Assembly: GCA_009837205.1 (NCBI GenBank)
Contig: VXTZ01000022.1
Span: 70,560 to 134,559 of the forward strand
Reading direction: 5' to 3'
Length of the DNA: 64,000 bases
DNA from: Candidatus Dadabacteria bacterium
GTDB lineage: Bacteria; Desulfobacterota_D; UBA1144; Nemesobacterales; Nemesobacteraceae
Program-made: the position numbers and the translations under genes
The notes under the pieces: model-generated
The model's database searches: none
What the model was told of the DNA's origin: nothing
Seen by the model: the letters and a program-made list of their open reading frames with translations, nothing else
Part shown: positions 19,840 through 30,070 of the stretch, one piece after another
Numbering within the stretch: the stretch's first letter is position 1
Layout: every line of letters begins with the position of its first letter

Positions 19840-20064
19840 ATGATCCTTGAAGGCGTAAAACTCATGGTCATTGGTATGGCCATAGTATATATTTTTCTGC
19901 TTGTATTGATGGTAAGCGTGATGCTGTCTGCGAAGCTTTTTAAAGACAGCGACGTGCGTGCGCCCTCGGGTCCCGGGGCGTCCAAAAAATCCGGAAGGGA
20001 CGTCATTCCGGTTATAGCCGCGGCAGTTGCGGCCTACAAGGCGAAGCATGCCGGCGACGGCTAG
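19840..20064 (+). CDS. oadG: Na+-translocating decarboxylase gamma subunit (OadG-like)
   Basis: Single N-terminal TM helix (MILEGVKLMVIGMAIVYIFLLVLM) and an Ala/Pro-rich tail, upstream of the alpha and beta subunits. Confidence 0.7.
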   Translation: MILEGVKLMVIGMAIVYIFLLVLMVSVMLSAKLFKDSDVRAPSGPGASKKSGRDVIPVIAAAVAAYKAKHAGDG

Positions 20065-20089
20065 ATCTTGAAAACTTCAGGGTCTTGTC

Positions 20090-21907
20090 ATGAAAAAAAT
20101 CTTATTTCAGGATACATCCTTTCGCGACGGGTTTCAGTCCGTTTTCGGCGCGAGGGTGCTTACAGAAGACTTCATCCCGGCGGTTGAAGCCGCTAGGGAA
20201 GCCGGGATAACCCACTTCGAGGCTGGCGGGGGGGCCAGGTTCCAGAGTCTGTTTCTTTACTGCGGGGAGTCCGCTTTTGATATGATGGACCGCTTCCGCG
20301 AGGCAGCTGGACCGGATGCTAACCTGCAGACGCTTGCAAGAGGGATCAATGTTGTTGCCCTGTCCCAGCAGCCCAAGGACATGATAGATCTCCACGCCAG
20401 GATGTTCAAGAAACATGGCATAACTCACATAAGAAACTTCGACGCCTTAAATGACGTAAGAAACCTCGAGTACTCGGGTCAGTGCATAAAGAATGCGGGT
20501 CTGCACCACCAGGCGGTGGTAACACTGATGGAGCTTCCTCCGGGATGCGAAGGAGCCCACGATGTGGATTTCTATATAGACAGGCTGAGGAAAATACTTG
20601 ATTCGGGGCTCCCCTATGATTCCATATGCTTCAAGGACGCTTCCGGAACCTCGAATCCCCAAAAGATTTACGAGACCGTGAAGGCCGCGAGAAAGCTCGT
20701 CGGAGAGAACGTCATTCTCTGGGTGCACACCCACGAGACGGCTGCCCAGGGAGTCAATCAGTACATGGCCGGCATAAACGGCGGGTGCGACGGGATCTGC
20801 GTCGCGAGAGCCCCGGTTTCCGGGGGAACTTCTCAGCCCGACCTTATATCCATGTGGAACGCCCTTAAGGGGACGGAGTACACCTTGGACGTGGACATAA
20901 CCAAGGTTCTCGAGGCGAATTCCGTGTTCAAGGAATGCATGTCCGGCTATTATTTCCCGCCCGAAGCCCTTCGGGTCTCCTCGGAGGTTCTTCTCTCTCC
21001 GATGCCCGGCGGAGCACTTACCGCAAACACCATGATGATGAGAGACACGGGCACCCTTGATCTTTACCCGCAGGTGATCGAGGCGATGAGCGAATGTGTT
21101 GCGAAGGGTGGATTCGGAACATCGGTTACCCCGGTTTCCCAGTTCTATTTCCAGCAGGCCTACGCCAATGTCACTCAGGGAACTTGGAAGAAGATCACCG
21201 ACGGTTACGGGAACATGGTACTAGGCTACTTCGGGCGTACGCCCGTTGAGCCCGACCCGGAAGTCGTGGCGATAGCGGAAGAGCAGATGGGCAAGCCCCG
21301 CTTTGAAGGCGACCCGCTCGATATACTTGAGCCCGGCATTCCGAAGGCGACCGAGATTCTCGAAAAAGAAGGACTTCCTGTCACCGAGGAAAACATATTC
21401 ATAGTCGGGGCGCTTCAAACCCAGGGCGGAAACAAAGGACTTGACTTTCTCAAGGGGAATTTCAGCGTCAACGTAAGAAAAAACAAGCCTGAAGAGCAAC
21501 CTCAGCAGAGACAAGGTCTCGGCACGAGCGTAGCATCGAAGGTGTCTGGTACCGGGGAGAACTTCGTTATTACGGTTGACGGGAGAAGCTACAATGTAAC
21601 TGTAAAGGAAGGGACTTCGGAAGTTGCTTCAGTAACCGAAGCTCCAGCCCCGAAAACATCCTCTGCGATGGATGAAGATTCTCCCGATGTTGTGGCCGTT
21701 ACGGCGAGCGTACCCGGCAACGTGTACAGGGTTCAGGTCGGCGTGGGGGACAAGATAAAGGAAAATCAGACGCTGATCATGCTTGAAGCCATGAAAATGG
21801 AAACTCCAGTTGCCTCTCCGTGCGACGGGGAAGTGGTGTCCATAGAGGTTGAACAGGGACAGGTAGTAGAGACGGGTCAGCTTATCCTGACCATTCTTCC
21901 CTCTTGA
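20090..21907 (+). CDS. oadA: Oxaloacetate decarboxylase alpha subunit / pyruvate carboxylase subunit B (5S carboxyltransferase plus C-terminal biotinyl domain)
   Basis: [17 protein letters not shown] and HTHETAAQG carboxyltransferase motifs with the C-terminal EAMKMET biotinylation site. Confidence 0.8.
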   Translation: MKKILFQDTSFRDGFQSVFGARVLTEDFIPAVEAAREAGITHFEAGGGARFQSLFLYCGESAFDMMDRFREAAGPDANLQTLARGINVVALSQQPKDMIDLHARMFKKHGITHIRNFDALNDVRNLEYSGQCIKNAGLHHQAVVTLMELPPGCEGAHDVDFYIDRLRKILDSGLPYDSICFKDASGTSNPQKIYETVKAARKLVGENVILWVHTHETAAQGVNQYMAGINGGCDGICVARAPVSGGTSQPDLISMWNALKGTEYTLDVDITKVLEANSVFKECMSGYYFPPEALRVSSEVLLSPMPGGALTANTMMMRDTGTLDLYPQVIEAMSECVAKGGFGTSVTPVSQFYFQQAYANVTQGTWKKITDGYGNMVLGYFGRTPVEPDPEVVAIAEEQMGKPRFEGDPLDILEPGIPKATEILEKEGLPVTEENIFIVGALQTQGGNKGLDFLKGNFSVNVRKNKPEEQPQQRQGLGTSVASKVSGTGENFVITVDGRSYNVTVKEGTSEVASVTEAPAPKTSSAMDEDSPDVVAVTASVPGNVYRVQVGVGDKIKENQTLIMLEAMKMETPVASPCDGEVVSIEVEQGQVVETGQLILTILPS

Positions 21908-21911
21908 GCGC

Positions 21912-23210
21912 ATGAAAAAATTCATACTTATTTTCGCAGTTCTTGCGGTTTCCCTTGGAATATTCGCTACCACTCCAGACTGTCTCGGGGAGACGGTAAG
22001 CGACGTGGCAGCCTCTGCGGAGCAAACCAAGGAGCTCGCATCTTTTTCCCAGCTTTTGAAAAACGTGGCTACCAGTACCGGCATCTACGGATTTATTGCG
22101 GGCAACGCAATTTCCTGGGTTAACGGATTCGGGATGTTTTTGATGATCCTGGTAGGATTCCTTCTTCTCTACCTGGGGATTGCGAAGAAATTCGAACCTC
22201 TTCTTCTGGTTACGATAGCTTTCGGGTGCATATTGGCCAACATTCCGCTTGCGGGGATAAATGACCCCGGCGGGGTACTTTACTACGTGTACGATGTCGG
22301 CATAAAGACCGGTATTTTTCCCCTTCTGATATTCATGGGAGTGGGGGCGCTTACCGATTTCGGTCCGCTTCTGGCCAACCCCAAGACGGTTCTTCTGGGA
22401 GGCGCTGCGCAGTTCGGTATTTTCTCGACGTTGCTCGGTGCGCTCGCGCTTTCCCAGTACGTGCCCGGGATCGATTTTTCCCTAAAAGACGCGGCGTCGA
22501 TAGGAATAATAGGGTCAGCGGACGGACCGACCTCTATTTATATTTCTTCACAGCTCTCCCCGAGGCTTCTCGGTGCAGTCTCGGTCGCCGCGTATTCCTA
22601 CATGGCTCTCGTGCCGATAATCCAGCCCCCGATAATGAAAGCTCTTACTTCCCCTGAAGAGAGAAAAATAAGGATGAACCAGCTTCGTCCGGTGGCGAAA
22701 AGAGAAAGAATAATGTTTCCGTTGATTGCTCTTACTCTCTGCCTTCTTTTTCTTCCATCTGCCGCGCCCCTAATAGGCTTTTTTGCTTTCGGCAATCTGA
22801 TGAGGGAATGCGGAGTGGTCGACCGGCTCTCGGATACGACGAGAAACGCGCTTATCAACATCGTTACGATATTCCTCGGCCTCGGAGTCGGCTCGCAGCT
22901 TCTGGCCTCCGAATTTCTCTCCCTTGAGACTCTTGGCATACTTCTTCTGGGAATTGTGGCTTTCTGCATAGGCACGGCCTCTGGGGTGTTGATGGCCAAG
23001 CTTATGAATGTTTTCTCCGAAACCAAGATCAACCCCCTGATCGGTTCGGCAGGGGTTTCGGCGGTTCCAATGGCCGCTCGCGTCTCTCAGGATATGGGGG
23101 CCAGGGAAGATCCCCAGAATGTGCTTTTGATGCACGCTATGGGTCCGAACGTGGCCGGGGTTGTGGGTTCGGCCGTAGCGGCAGGAGTGCTGCTTGCGGT
23201 TTTTGCGTAA
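21912..23210 (+). CDS. oadB: Na+-pumping decarboxylase beta subunit (OadB/MmdB family)
   Basis: 432-aa polytopic membrane protein with conserved [13 protein letters not shown] and [14 protein letters not shown] regions. Confidence 0.8.
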   Translation: MKKFILIFAVLAVSLGIFATTPDCLGETVSDVAASAEQTKELASFSQLLKNVATSTGIYGFIAGNAISWVNGFGMFLMILVGFLLLYLGIAKKFEPLLLVTIAFGCILANIPLAGINDPGGVLYYVYDVGIKTGIFPLLIFMGVGALTDFGPLLANPKTVLLGGAAQFGIFSTLLGALALSQYVPGIDFSLKDAASIGIIGSADGPTSIYISSQLSPRLLGAVSVAAYSYMALVPIIQPPIMKALTSPEERKIRMNQLRPVAKRERIMFPLIALTLCLLFLPSAAPLIGFFAFGNLMRECGVVDRLSDTTRNALINIVTIFLGLGVGSQLLASEFLSLETLGILLLGIVAFCIGTASGVLMAKLMNVFSETKINPLIGSAGVSAVPMAARVSQDMGAREDPQNVLLMHAMGPNVAGVVGSAVAAGVLLAVFA

Positions 23211-23251
23211 GTTTCTGATCTGTTACAAAGGATGTTTTTGCGGAGTCTTCT

Positions 23252-24013
23252 ATGAGATTTAAAGGACGCTCAGCGATCATTACCGGTGGAGGAACGGGAA
23301 TCGGTGAAGCGACGGCACTTTTGCTGGCGCGAAACGGAGCCAAGGTTCTGATTGTCGGAAGAAGGGAAGATAAGCTAAAAGAGCTATGCGGCAGGGCAGG
23401 GGAAGAAGGATTTTCTATAGAGTACAAGGTCTGTGACGTTTCAGTCGAGAGCGACTGCGCAGCCACCGTGGAGACCGCTTTTCGCGAGCACGGAAAGATC
23501 GACATTCTTTTTAACAACGCCGGTATCATTTTTTCCGGCCCCCTTCACGAAGTCGAGATCTCAAGGTTTCAGGAGATCTTCGATATAAACGTGAAGGGAG
23601 CGTTCATGATGTGCAAATATGCCATTCCTCATATGCTTTCTGCGGGCAGAGGTTTTATCGTCAATAACTCTTCTGTTATCGGGTTAAAGGGTTTTGCGGG
23701 GCTTTCAGCCTACTCGGCGTCCAAGGGAGCCCTTGTTCAGCTCACAAGAAGCATGGCCCTTGAGTATGCGGACAAGGGACTCAGAATAAATGCTGTTTGT
23801 CCTGGAGGGGTCTGGACACCGATGTTCGATTCCTATCTTGAGAGAGCCGAAGATGCCGAAGCGGCCCAAGCTTTTATGGAGTCGCTTCACCCCATGGGAC
23901 GGCTGGCCGACCCGTACGAAATAGCTGAAGCGGTTCTGTTTCTCTGCGATGATAAGGTCATGTTCAACACGGGCTCAATGCTTTCAATCGACGGCGGCAT
24001 TATAGCCAAGTGA
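23252..24013 (+). CDS. SDR-family oxidoreductase
   Basis: TGGGTGIGEA cofactor motif, NNAG, and a YSASK catalytic triad. Confidence 0.85.
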   Translation: MRFKGRSAIITGGGTGIGEATALLLARNGAKVLIVGRREDKLKELCGRAGEEGFSIEYKVCDVSVESDCAATVETAFREHGKIDILFNNAGIIFSGPLHEVEISRFQEIFDINVKGAFMMCKYAIPHMLSAGRGFIVNNSSVIGLKGFAGLSAYSASKGALVQLTRSMALEYADKGLRINAVCPGGVWTPMFDSYLERAEDAEAAQAFMESLHPMGRLADPYEIAEAVLFLCDDKVMFNTGSMLSIDGGIIAK

Positions 24014-24062
24014 TTGCAGGGGAACGGTCTCGAAAAACAGCTTTTCTGCGTTCCTCGAAAAT

Positions 24063-25373
24063 TTACGGAGTCTCGCTAGACGTTATTTCTTTTAAGCTTG
24101 GAACTTCGAAGATCTGCTTCATGCGCCCGCCCACGGCATCGTATGTGTAGACGGAATAGCACCCCGCTCCTATGTCTCCGTTCTGGTCAAACTCGATTGG
24201 TCCTGAAACTCCCTCGTAGTCGATGTCGTCGTTAGCTGCGGTCTCATCAGTAATGGCTGCGGCGCATTCCGCGTAGCTTAAGCACCGGTTTCCTCCTCCC
24301 GTAACACCTGCCATTTCGGAGACGTATTCGGAAGGGTCGTTGCTTCCGGCGCTCAAGGCCGCGAGTGCTATTGCTACCACTGCGTCATAGGCATGGACGG
24401 CGAATCGAAGGGAAGGGAACATCTCTCGGTCAAATCGTTTTTCAAACTCGTCTTTTCTCTCGGGAGGGTCCGGCAGGGAGCACGGAGTCGTGCTTTTGAA
24501 GCCATCAACCGCGGCCGGGTTGTCCGGGTCCACGCGTTCATACAGGTTCTCAACTGCGAATGAGTCGGAGATGTAGTATCTCGCGGCGGACGAAACGACC
24601 GTGGAGTCAATCATGCCCTTTATTATCTTTCCTCCTTCGTCTATCGACAGGATTAGTATTATGGAACCTATGTTGCCGATTCCGCCTACCGCCTCGATAT
24701 CGTCAAGTACGGCCTGGGTTTTCTCCTCGAACATTGGGTCGTCAGAATAGTATCGCTCGTACCAGACGACCTTGGCAGCGGGACGGTTTCGGGAAAGGAA
24801 TTCCCTGTTGATCAGTTCCGTGAGCTTCACTCCGTAGTTGTCGTTTCGATGGACTATCAGCACCTCGTCCCCGTTTCGGACTTCGGTCGCCAGAATTTTC
24901 GCCTGGAACGAATCCGTCGGAACGGTTCTGAAGAAAAAGTGCGCTTTCCCGGCTTGGGAAATTTCCCTGTTTTTTTCGGTCAGGGTAACGGAAGTTGCGG
25001 AGGGTGAAACCGCGACTAGGCCGTTCTCAACTAGGAAATCAAAAATTTCAACGGAACTCTGTGAAGTTCCAGGTCCGATTATCGCCTTCACGCCCATTTC
25101 CAGAAGTTCCATGGTCGAGGCAAGAGGAGTGGCACCGTCTCCGGCGATAAGCTTTATGTTTCCGCCGGCTTCGTTAATGTCATCCCTTGCGAGTTCCGCG
25201 GCCTTTATTACCGAGGAAGGAGAATCGGTTGTCCGGAAAAGTGTTCCTATGCAGAAGGCATCTTCGCAGCCAGCGTCGACTTGCTCGTCGGTTCCATCGT
25301 CACATCCTGTGGAAAGAAGAAAGGAGGCAAAGACAAGAAACGCAATCGAAAGTGCTCCTCTCAGAATTCTCAT
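24063..25373 (-). CDS. Periplasmic solute-binding lipoprotein, type 1 PBP (LivK/HAAT-like)
   Basis: Lipobox LSTGC followed by a type-1 periplasmic-binding fold; no permease or ATPase genes adjacent. Confidence 0.7.
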   Translation of the reverse strand: MRILRGALSIAFLVFASFLLSTGCDDGTDEQVDAGCEDAFCIGTLFRTTDSPSSVIKAAELARDDINEAGGNIKLIAGDGATPLASTMELLEMGVKAIIGPGTSQSSVEIFDFLVENGLVAVSPSATSVTLTEKNREISQAGKAHFFFRTVPTDSFQAKILATEVRNGDEVLIVHRNDNYGVKLTELINREFLSRNRPAAKVVWYERYYSDDPMFEEKTQAVLDDIEAVGGIGNIGSIILILSIDEGGKIIKGMIDSTVVSSAARYYISDSFAVENLYERVDPDNPAAVDGFKSTTPCSLPDPPERKDEFEKRFDREMFPSLRFAVHAYDAVVAIALAALSAGSNDPSEYVSEMAGVTGGGNRCLSYAECAAAITDETAANDDIDYEGVSGPIEFDQNGDIGAGCYSVYTYDAVGGRMKQIFEVPSLKEITSSETP

Positions 25374-25619
25374 GATGAACCTAACTGCCTCCTGCGCATG
25401 TCAAATTGAAATCACTTTTCTGGAAATGGAAACCCGAATCCATCTTTATTCCGATGAGAGTATAACCCTGAATACTTATGGGAACAAACGCTGAATGCCC
25501 TTATTCACATGGATTTTCCGGTATGCAATCACCTCGCAAATAGGCTCCTTGTTTTCCGCGGTTGCGTCTTTTTAATTTCGGTTTTTGTTCTTGACGGTTC
25601 GTAACAAGCGATTTAGAAT

Positions 25620-25650
25620 AAGAGCTAATTGAAAATCATTCTCATTTAAT
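25620..25650 (+). promoter_or_regulatory. Fur-box-like operator upstream of the Fur-family gene
   Basis: gaaaATCATTcTCATTtaATaATTctc resembles the GATAATGATAATCATTATC consensus. Confidence 0.35.
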
Positions 25651-25657
25651 AATTCTC

Positions 25658-26104
25658 ATGACGAAAGATTTTGAATGCACTCAGGAATCGTATGCCAGAG
25701 AAGTTCTGCGGGAAAAGGGACTCAAGTCCACAGCGCAGCGTCTAGCCGTCGTTCATGTTCTTCACACGAGCGGGAAATCGCTTTCGGTCGGCGAAATACA
25801 CGACAGGGTGAAGGATATGCTCGGCACCACGGGGCTTGCCACCATCTACAGAACCCTTGAGATGTTCGAGGACTTGGGTATCGTGAACCGCCTTCATTTT
25901 CCCGACGGCCGTCACGGTTACGTGTTCTCCCAAGGCGAGCACGTTCATCATATGGTGTGCGTTGACTGCGGAGGGGTTTTCGATTTTCCAGAGTGTCCGG
26001 TGGAGAGCTTTGATTACGCTTCGATTGAAAAGCAGGGATTCAGAGTGAAGAATCATTTCGTACAGCTTTTCGGCCAGTGCTTAAAGTGTGCGGAGGCGGC
26101 TTAA
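25658..26104 (+). CDS. Fur-family metalloregulator (Fur/Zur/PerR)
   Basis: Winged-helix N-terminus and HHMVCVDCG...C metal site; 148 aa. Confidence 0.85.
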   Translation: MTKDFECTQESYAREVLREKGLKSTAQRLAVVHVLHTSGKSLSVGEIHDRVKDMLGTTGLATIYRTLEMFEDLGIVNRLHFPDGRHGYVFSQGEHVHHMVCVDCGGVFDFPECPVESFDYASIEKQGFRVKNHFVQLFGQCLKCAEAA

Positions 26105-26498
26105 CGATACAATGAACCAGGTAAGAATTCAGAGGCTCACCGATTACACCTCGATATCCCTTGCGGGCATCTGCGCCATCCACTGTTTTTTTACGCCGGT
26201 GGCTCTCATACTGTTCCCGGTCGTGGGTTCGACATTTGTGTTTGAAGATATTTTCCACGAGTTGATGCTTTTTATGGTCATTCCCGCAAGCGTGGTCGCC
26301 ATATTTCTCGGCTGCAGACGTCATAAGGATTTCAGCGTGATCATGCTGGGGGGCGTGGGACTCTATTTTCTCCTAGTCGGAGCTTTCGCCGCTACGGGCT
26401 ACGTAGAATCGATTCTTACTCTTATCGGCGCTTTTATCATGATTTCCGGTCACCTGCGCAATTTCAGGCTTTGCAGGAAAGATGGCTGCGATCACTGA
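26088..26498 (+). CDS. MerC-like small metal-binding membrane protein (4 TM, CxxHC motif)
   Basis: AGICAIHCFF in the first TM helix and a C-terminal Cys/His cluster (CRKDGCDH); overlaps the regulator gene 3' end. Confidence 0.5.
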   Translation: MRRRLNDTMNQVRIQRLTDYTSISLAGICAIHCFFTPVALILFPVVGSTFVFEDIFHELMLFMVIPASVVAIFLGCRRHKDFSVIMLGGVGLYFLLVGAFAATGYVESILTLIGAFIMISGHLRNFRLCRKDGCDH

Positions 26499-26577
26499 TT
26501 CCCAAAGAAATTTAAATTTTTTCTTGAAAACAGTTTTTTTTCGTGGATAATAACCATTCACTTTTTCGGGGGTTGCA

Positions 26578-26739
26578 ATGGGAAAGTCGTTAAACAGAGT
26601 ACTTGTCAAGATGAAAAGCACCGAGAGTCCTTACATCTATTACACGAAGAAAAACAAGATGAATACTCCGGACCGTCTTGAACTGAAAAAGTACGACCCG
26701 GTGATAAGAAAGCACGTCGTCTTTAAGGAGACCAAGTAG
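26578..26739 (+). CDS. rpmG: 50S ribosomal protein L33, Cys-less (C-) form
   Basis: [53 protein letters not shown], with no Cys; missing from the track because it is under 60 aa. Confidence 0.8.
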   Translation: MGKSLNRVLVKMKSTESPYIYYTKKNKMNTPDRLELKKYDPVIRKHVVFKETK

Positions 26740-26754
26740 TCAGAGGATATACCC

Positions 26755-26997
26755 ATGGCACGTCGCTGCGCTATAACAGGAAAAAAACCCCTTTTCGGAA
26801 ACAACGTCTCCCACGCGAACAACCACGTTAAAAGACGCCAGAATCCGAACCTGCACTGGAAGAGAATCTACGTTCCCGAGCTAGACAGGTACGTGAGAAT
26901 AAGGATTTCTGCCCGCGCGCTGAGAACGATCACCAAAAAAGGCCTTATGCCTTACCTTAGGGACGAGGGTCTTACCCTCAGAGACATAACCCGCTGA
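26755..26997 (+). CDS. rpmB: 50S ribosomal protein L28
   Basis: MARRCAITGKKPLFGNNVSHANNHVKRRQNPNL... is a typical L28. Confidence 0.85.
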   Translation: MARRCAITGKKPLFGNNVSHANNHVKRRQNPNLHWKRIYVPELDRYVRIRISARALRTITKKGLMPYLRDEGLTLRDITR

Positions 26998-27001
26998 CCT
27001 C

Positions 27002-27895
27002 TCACTGATTTACCAGATACGAAATAACGAACGGAAGAACCAATAGGGAAACTGCCGTTCCGGCCACTATTATTGATGCGACCGTCTCGGAGTCCCTGCC
27101 GTATTTCTCCGCGAGCACGAAGTTAAAAACCGCGGGAGGCATTGCGCACTCCAAGATAACCACTTTTGCCTCCACTCCCTTCAGGCCGAATGCGTTTACG
27201 AACAGCGCTCCGAGAATTACGCCGAGAAATATTCTGGCGGAGCCGAAGAAAAAGGAAAGCCAAAGTCTGGAGACCTTCATTTCGGAGAGTTTGTACCCGA
27301 GCGAGAAGAGCATCGCGGGTATGGTGATATCCCCGAGAAGGGCTACGGGCCTCTCGATAACTACCGGGATCTGAAAGCCGACCGAGTTTATGATTATTCC
27401 GGCTACGGTGGCGTATATCAGGGGAAGCCTGAATATCTCGCGCAGATGATTCTTTCCGGACCCGAGGATCATAATTCCCACCGTGTAGTGAAGCAGCATG
27501 GTCGAAACGACACAGAGTATCGCGATGTTGAACCCATACTGTCCGAACGCGAAAAGACAAAGGGGAAGTCCCAGGTTTCCCGTGTTTGCGAAAACCACGG
27601 GAGGCAGATATACCCTCGAGTCAAGCCGGAGTGCTTTCGTAAGTGCCCCGCCGATTATTATGGTAGAGAAAATGACCGCCGATATCGAGAGAAACAGCTT
27701 CGCCGTCACAGACGGGTCCATTGTAAAATCAGAGAGGGACGAGATTATTAGACACGGCGTGGTCACGTAGACCACAAGATCGTTAATCGAGGATATGTCT
27801 ATTTTTTTCGTCCTGCTGAAGAGAAAGCCCGCGGCGATTACAAGAAACGCCGGCAGGACGATGTTTGCAAGCTCTGGGATTGAGGAAAGAGTCAT
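27002..27895 (-). CDS. AEC-family (auxin efflux carrier-like) transporter
   Basis: 297-aa, 8-10 TM protein with the AEC repeat organisation. Confidence 0.7.
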   Translation of the reverse strand: MTLSSIPELANIVLPAFLVIAAGFLFSRTKKIDISSINDLVVYVTTPCLIISSLSDFTMDPSVTAKLFLSISAVIFSTIIIGGALTKALRLDSRVYLPPVVFANTGNLGLPLCLFAFGQYGFNIAILCVVSTMLLHYTVGIMILGSGKNHLREIFRLPLIYATVAGIIINSVGFQIPVVIERPVALLGDITIPAMLFSLGYKLSEMKVSRLWLSFFFGSARIFLGVILGALFVNAFGLKGVEAKVVILECAMPPAVFNFVLAEKYGRDSETVASIIVAGTAVSLLVLPFVISYLVNQ

Positions 27896-27965
27896 GTTCT
27901 GCGTTTTGCTGCGAAGAAAGCGAGCCGCATTCTTGACAAGCCCGATGCGGCGCCATGGAAAGTGC

Positions 27966-28943
27966 TCAGAATCTTACCACCGAAGCGGCCCAGGTGAAGC
28001 CGGCTCCGAAGGCTGCGAACAGCACAAGGCTTCCTTCTCCTACGCTTCCCTGGCGAACCGCCTCGTCAAGGGCGAGTGGAATGGATGCCCCAGAGGTGTT
28101 CCCGTATTTGTCGAGGTTCGCGAACACTTTTTCCTCCGGAAAATCAAGCCTTTTCCTTACGGCTTCCAAAATCCTGTAGTTTGCCTGGTGCGGAACGAAG
28201 AGATCAATGTCCTTGGGAGAGACGTTTGCCTTGGCTATGGCGTCCACGGTTGCTGACTCCATGCTCTTGACCGCGACTTTGAAAACGTCGTTTCCCTCCA
28301 TCTTTATGTACTGCTCTCTGGTCTTAAGCACTTCCTCGTCAATCGGAGTTCTCGATCCTCCAGCCGGGACGTAGAGAAGGTCCCAGTGGCTTCCGTCCGA
28401 ACTGAGAATGGATGAGAGAATTCCAGGTTCGTCAGAGGCAGTGAGGACAGCTGCGCCCGCCCCGTCACCGAAAAGTATGCAGGTTGAGCGGTCCTCGAAA
28501 TCGGTGACTTTCGAGAGAACGTCCACTCCTATGGCGAGAATTTTCTCCGCGCCACCCGACTTTATTATTCCCTCGGCAACGTGAAGCGTGTAGAGAAATC
28601 CCGAGCAGCCGGCCATAAGATCGAAGGCATAAGCCTTCTTCGCTCCGAGGCGGTTCTGGAGAATGCAGCCGGTTGAGGGGAAGATGAAATCCGGGGTTAT
28701 GGTTCCGACTATGATCACGTCGAGTTGCTGCGGGCTTACGCCGGCGGCCCTCAGCGCTTTTTCGGCGGCTCCATAGGCGACATCGGAGGAGGCGGTGTTT
28801 TTATCCGCGATTCTGCGTTCCTTTATTCCTGTTCTGGATGTGATCCATTCGTCAGAGGTTTCTACCATCTTTTCCAGATCTGAATTGGAAAGTACGGTTT
28901 CGGGAACCGAAGAACCGGTTCCTATGATCTTTGCGTATTTCAA
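27966..28943 (-). CDS. fabH: 3-oxoacyl-ACP synthase III
   Basis: AGCSGF active-site Cys, HQAN and a GNTSGAS Asn region. Confidence 0.9.
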   Translation of the reverse strand: MKYAKIIGTGSSVPETVLSNSDLEKMVETSDEWITSRTGIKERRIADKNTASSDVAYGAAEKALRAAGVSPQQLDVIIVGTITPDFIFPSTGCILQNRLGAKKAYAFDLMAGCSGFLYTLHVAEGIIKSGGAEKILAIGVDVLSKVTDFEDRSTCILFGDGAGAAVLTASDEPGILSSILSSDGSHWDLLYVPAGGSRTPIDEEVLKTREQYIKMEGNDVFKVAVKSMESATVDAIAKANVSPKDIDLFVPHQANYRILEAVRKRLDFPEEKVFANLDKYGNTSGASIPLALDEAVRQGSVGEGSLVLFAAFGAGFTWAASVVRF

Positions 28944-28999
28944 CTTGGAATCTCTCTCCGAAGCGGTAAGCGCAATAATAGTTTAAAGCCCTAATTTTG

Positions 29000-29458
29000 T
29001 CAACCAGTCTGTATTTGCGCGGCAACGATCTTTTTAAGCGGTTCTATCTCCGTCTCGGTCATCTCCGCCGTAATCGCACAATGCGTATCGTCGCAGAGAA
29101 AAATAAGGGAGAACATCCCGAGTCTCGCCAAGGTGGAGAGGAAAAAGGTCTCCTCCGAAGACTCGGTGAGGAAGAAGTACTCATACTTCAGCCTGAGATT
29201 TTTGCCCGTCGTTATTCTTATTTCCATGGCGACCGAGGGAAATTCCTCTTTCTCGACCGCAAAAAACCGAGTTGATATTTTCCGGATATCAGCAAGCGTG
29301 GCGATTTTTTCCGGGCTTTCCTTGAAAATCATCAAACATTCCTCTTCCGTTGCGTGCGGTACGCAGCCGTAGAGGATTTGGGAGAGCGCTATCTGCAGTT
29401 CTATATCCTGCTCAAGCGCATCATATGTTGTTTGAGGCGTTGAAAAGATGCTTGACAT
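29000..29458 (-). CDS. Hypothetical protein (152 aa)
   Basis: ORF of unknown function, divergent from the DPF-peptide genes. Confidence 0.4.
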   Translation of the reverse strand: MSSIFSTPQTTYDALEQDIELQIALSQILYGCVPHATEEECLMIFKESPEKIATLADIRKISTRFFAVEKEEFPSVAMEIRITTGKNLRLKYEYFFLTESSEETFFLSTLARLGMFSLIFLCDDTHCAITAEMTETEIEPLKKIVAAQIQTG

Positions 29459-29567
29459 ATTGTTTCATGAATCAGTATCATTAAAAGTAGGATTAGGGTT
29501 TTTGCGGGCTTTAGATTAGTGGGCCTGGCATAGTAGTATAAAGAGTATCAGGAGGATAGATAGTCTC

Positions 29568-29816
29568 ATGACAATACAAGGCAATGAGTTAGTGCTGTTA
29601 GCTATCGTAATTCTTATCATAGGGATAGTCCTTATGTTAAATGAAGGAGGAGGAGGTGGGCAGCAGGCTGCCGAACCACCCGCTCCGCCTGAACCCCAAG
29701 AGGCCCAGAGCGATGTGGATCCTTTTCAGTCCGCACAGGGGGCGCCTCAGGAGGCGAGTGCCGCAGCTCCCGCAGCTCCCTCAGGAGACGCGGATCCCTT
29801 TCAGGCCCCGCAATAA
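29568..29816 (+). CDS. Small membrane-anchored peptide with two DxDPFQ motifs (82 aa)
   Basis: Strong RBS (AGGAGG); N-terminal TM helix, Gly5 linker, Pro/Ala/Gln-rich tail with DVDPFQSA and DADPFQAP. Confidence 0.5.
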   Translation: MTIQGNELVLLAIVILIIGIVLMLNEGGGGGQQAAEPPAPPEPQEAQSDVDPFQSAQGAPQEASAAAPAAPSGDADPFQAPQ

Positions 29817-29905
29817 CCGAAAAAGTCTGCAGGTGGAAATGATTTTTCACGCTTAGAACCGAGTTGGCCTTCGGTCATTGCGTGAATATATGTGGGTGGG
29901 TGACA
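29817..29905 (+). repeat. Conserved 3' element, copy 1 (hairpin CCGAG-ttggcc-TTCGG inside a CACGC...GCGTG outer pairing)
   Basis: About 85 percent identical to 30071-30155. Confidence 0.6.
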
Positions 29906-29947
29906 CTCCCCAGTAGTTCAGTATTTTTAATCACAGGAGTGTTTGTT

Positions 29948-30070
29948 ATGTCAAATGGAGGAGACGTAGATCCTTTTCGGTCTGCGGTAGCATCCGGAAG
30001 TGCTGAAGTTTCTTCAGATTCCGAGGCTGCCCCGGTTGAAATAGATCCTTTTCAGGCTCCGAAATCTTAA
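29948..30070 (+). CDS. Small soluble peptide with two DPF motifs (41 aa), paralog of the C-terminal half of the 29568 product
   Basis: RBS AGGAG; MSNGGDVDPFRSAVASGSAEVSSDSEAAPVEIDPFQAPKS; the track ORF is extended upstream. Confidence 0.45.
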   Translation: MSNGGDVDPFRSAVASGSAEVSSDSEAAPVEIDPFQAPKS

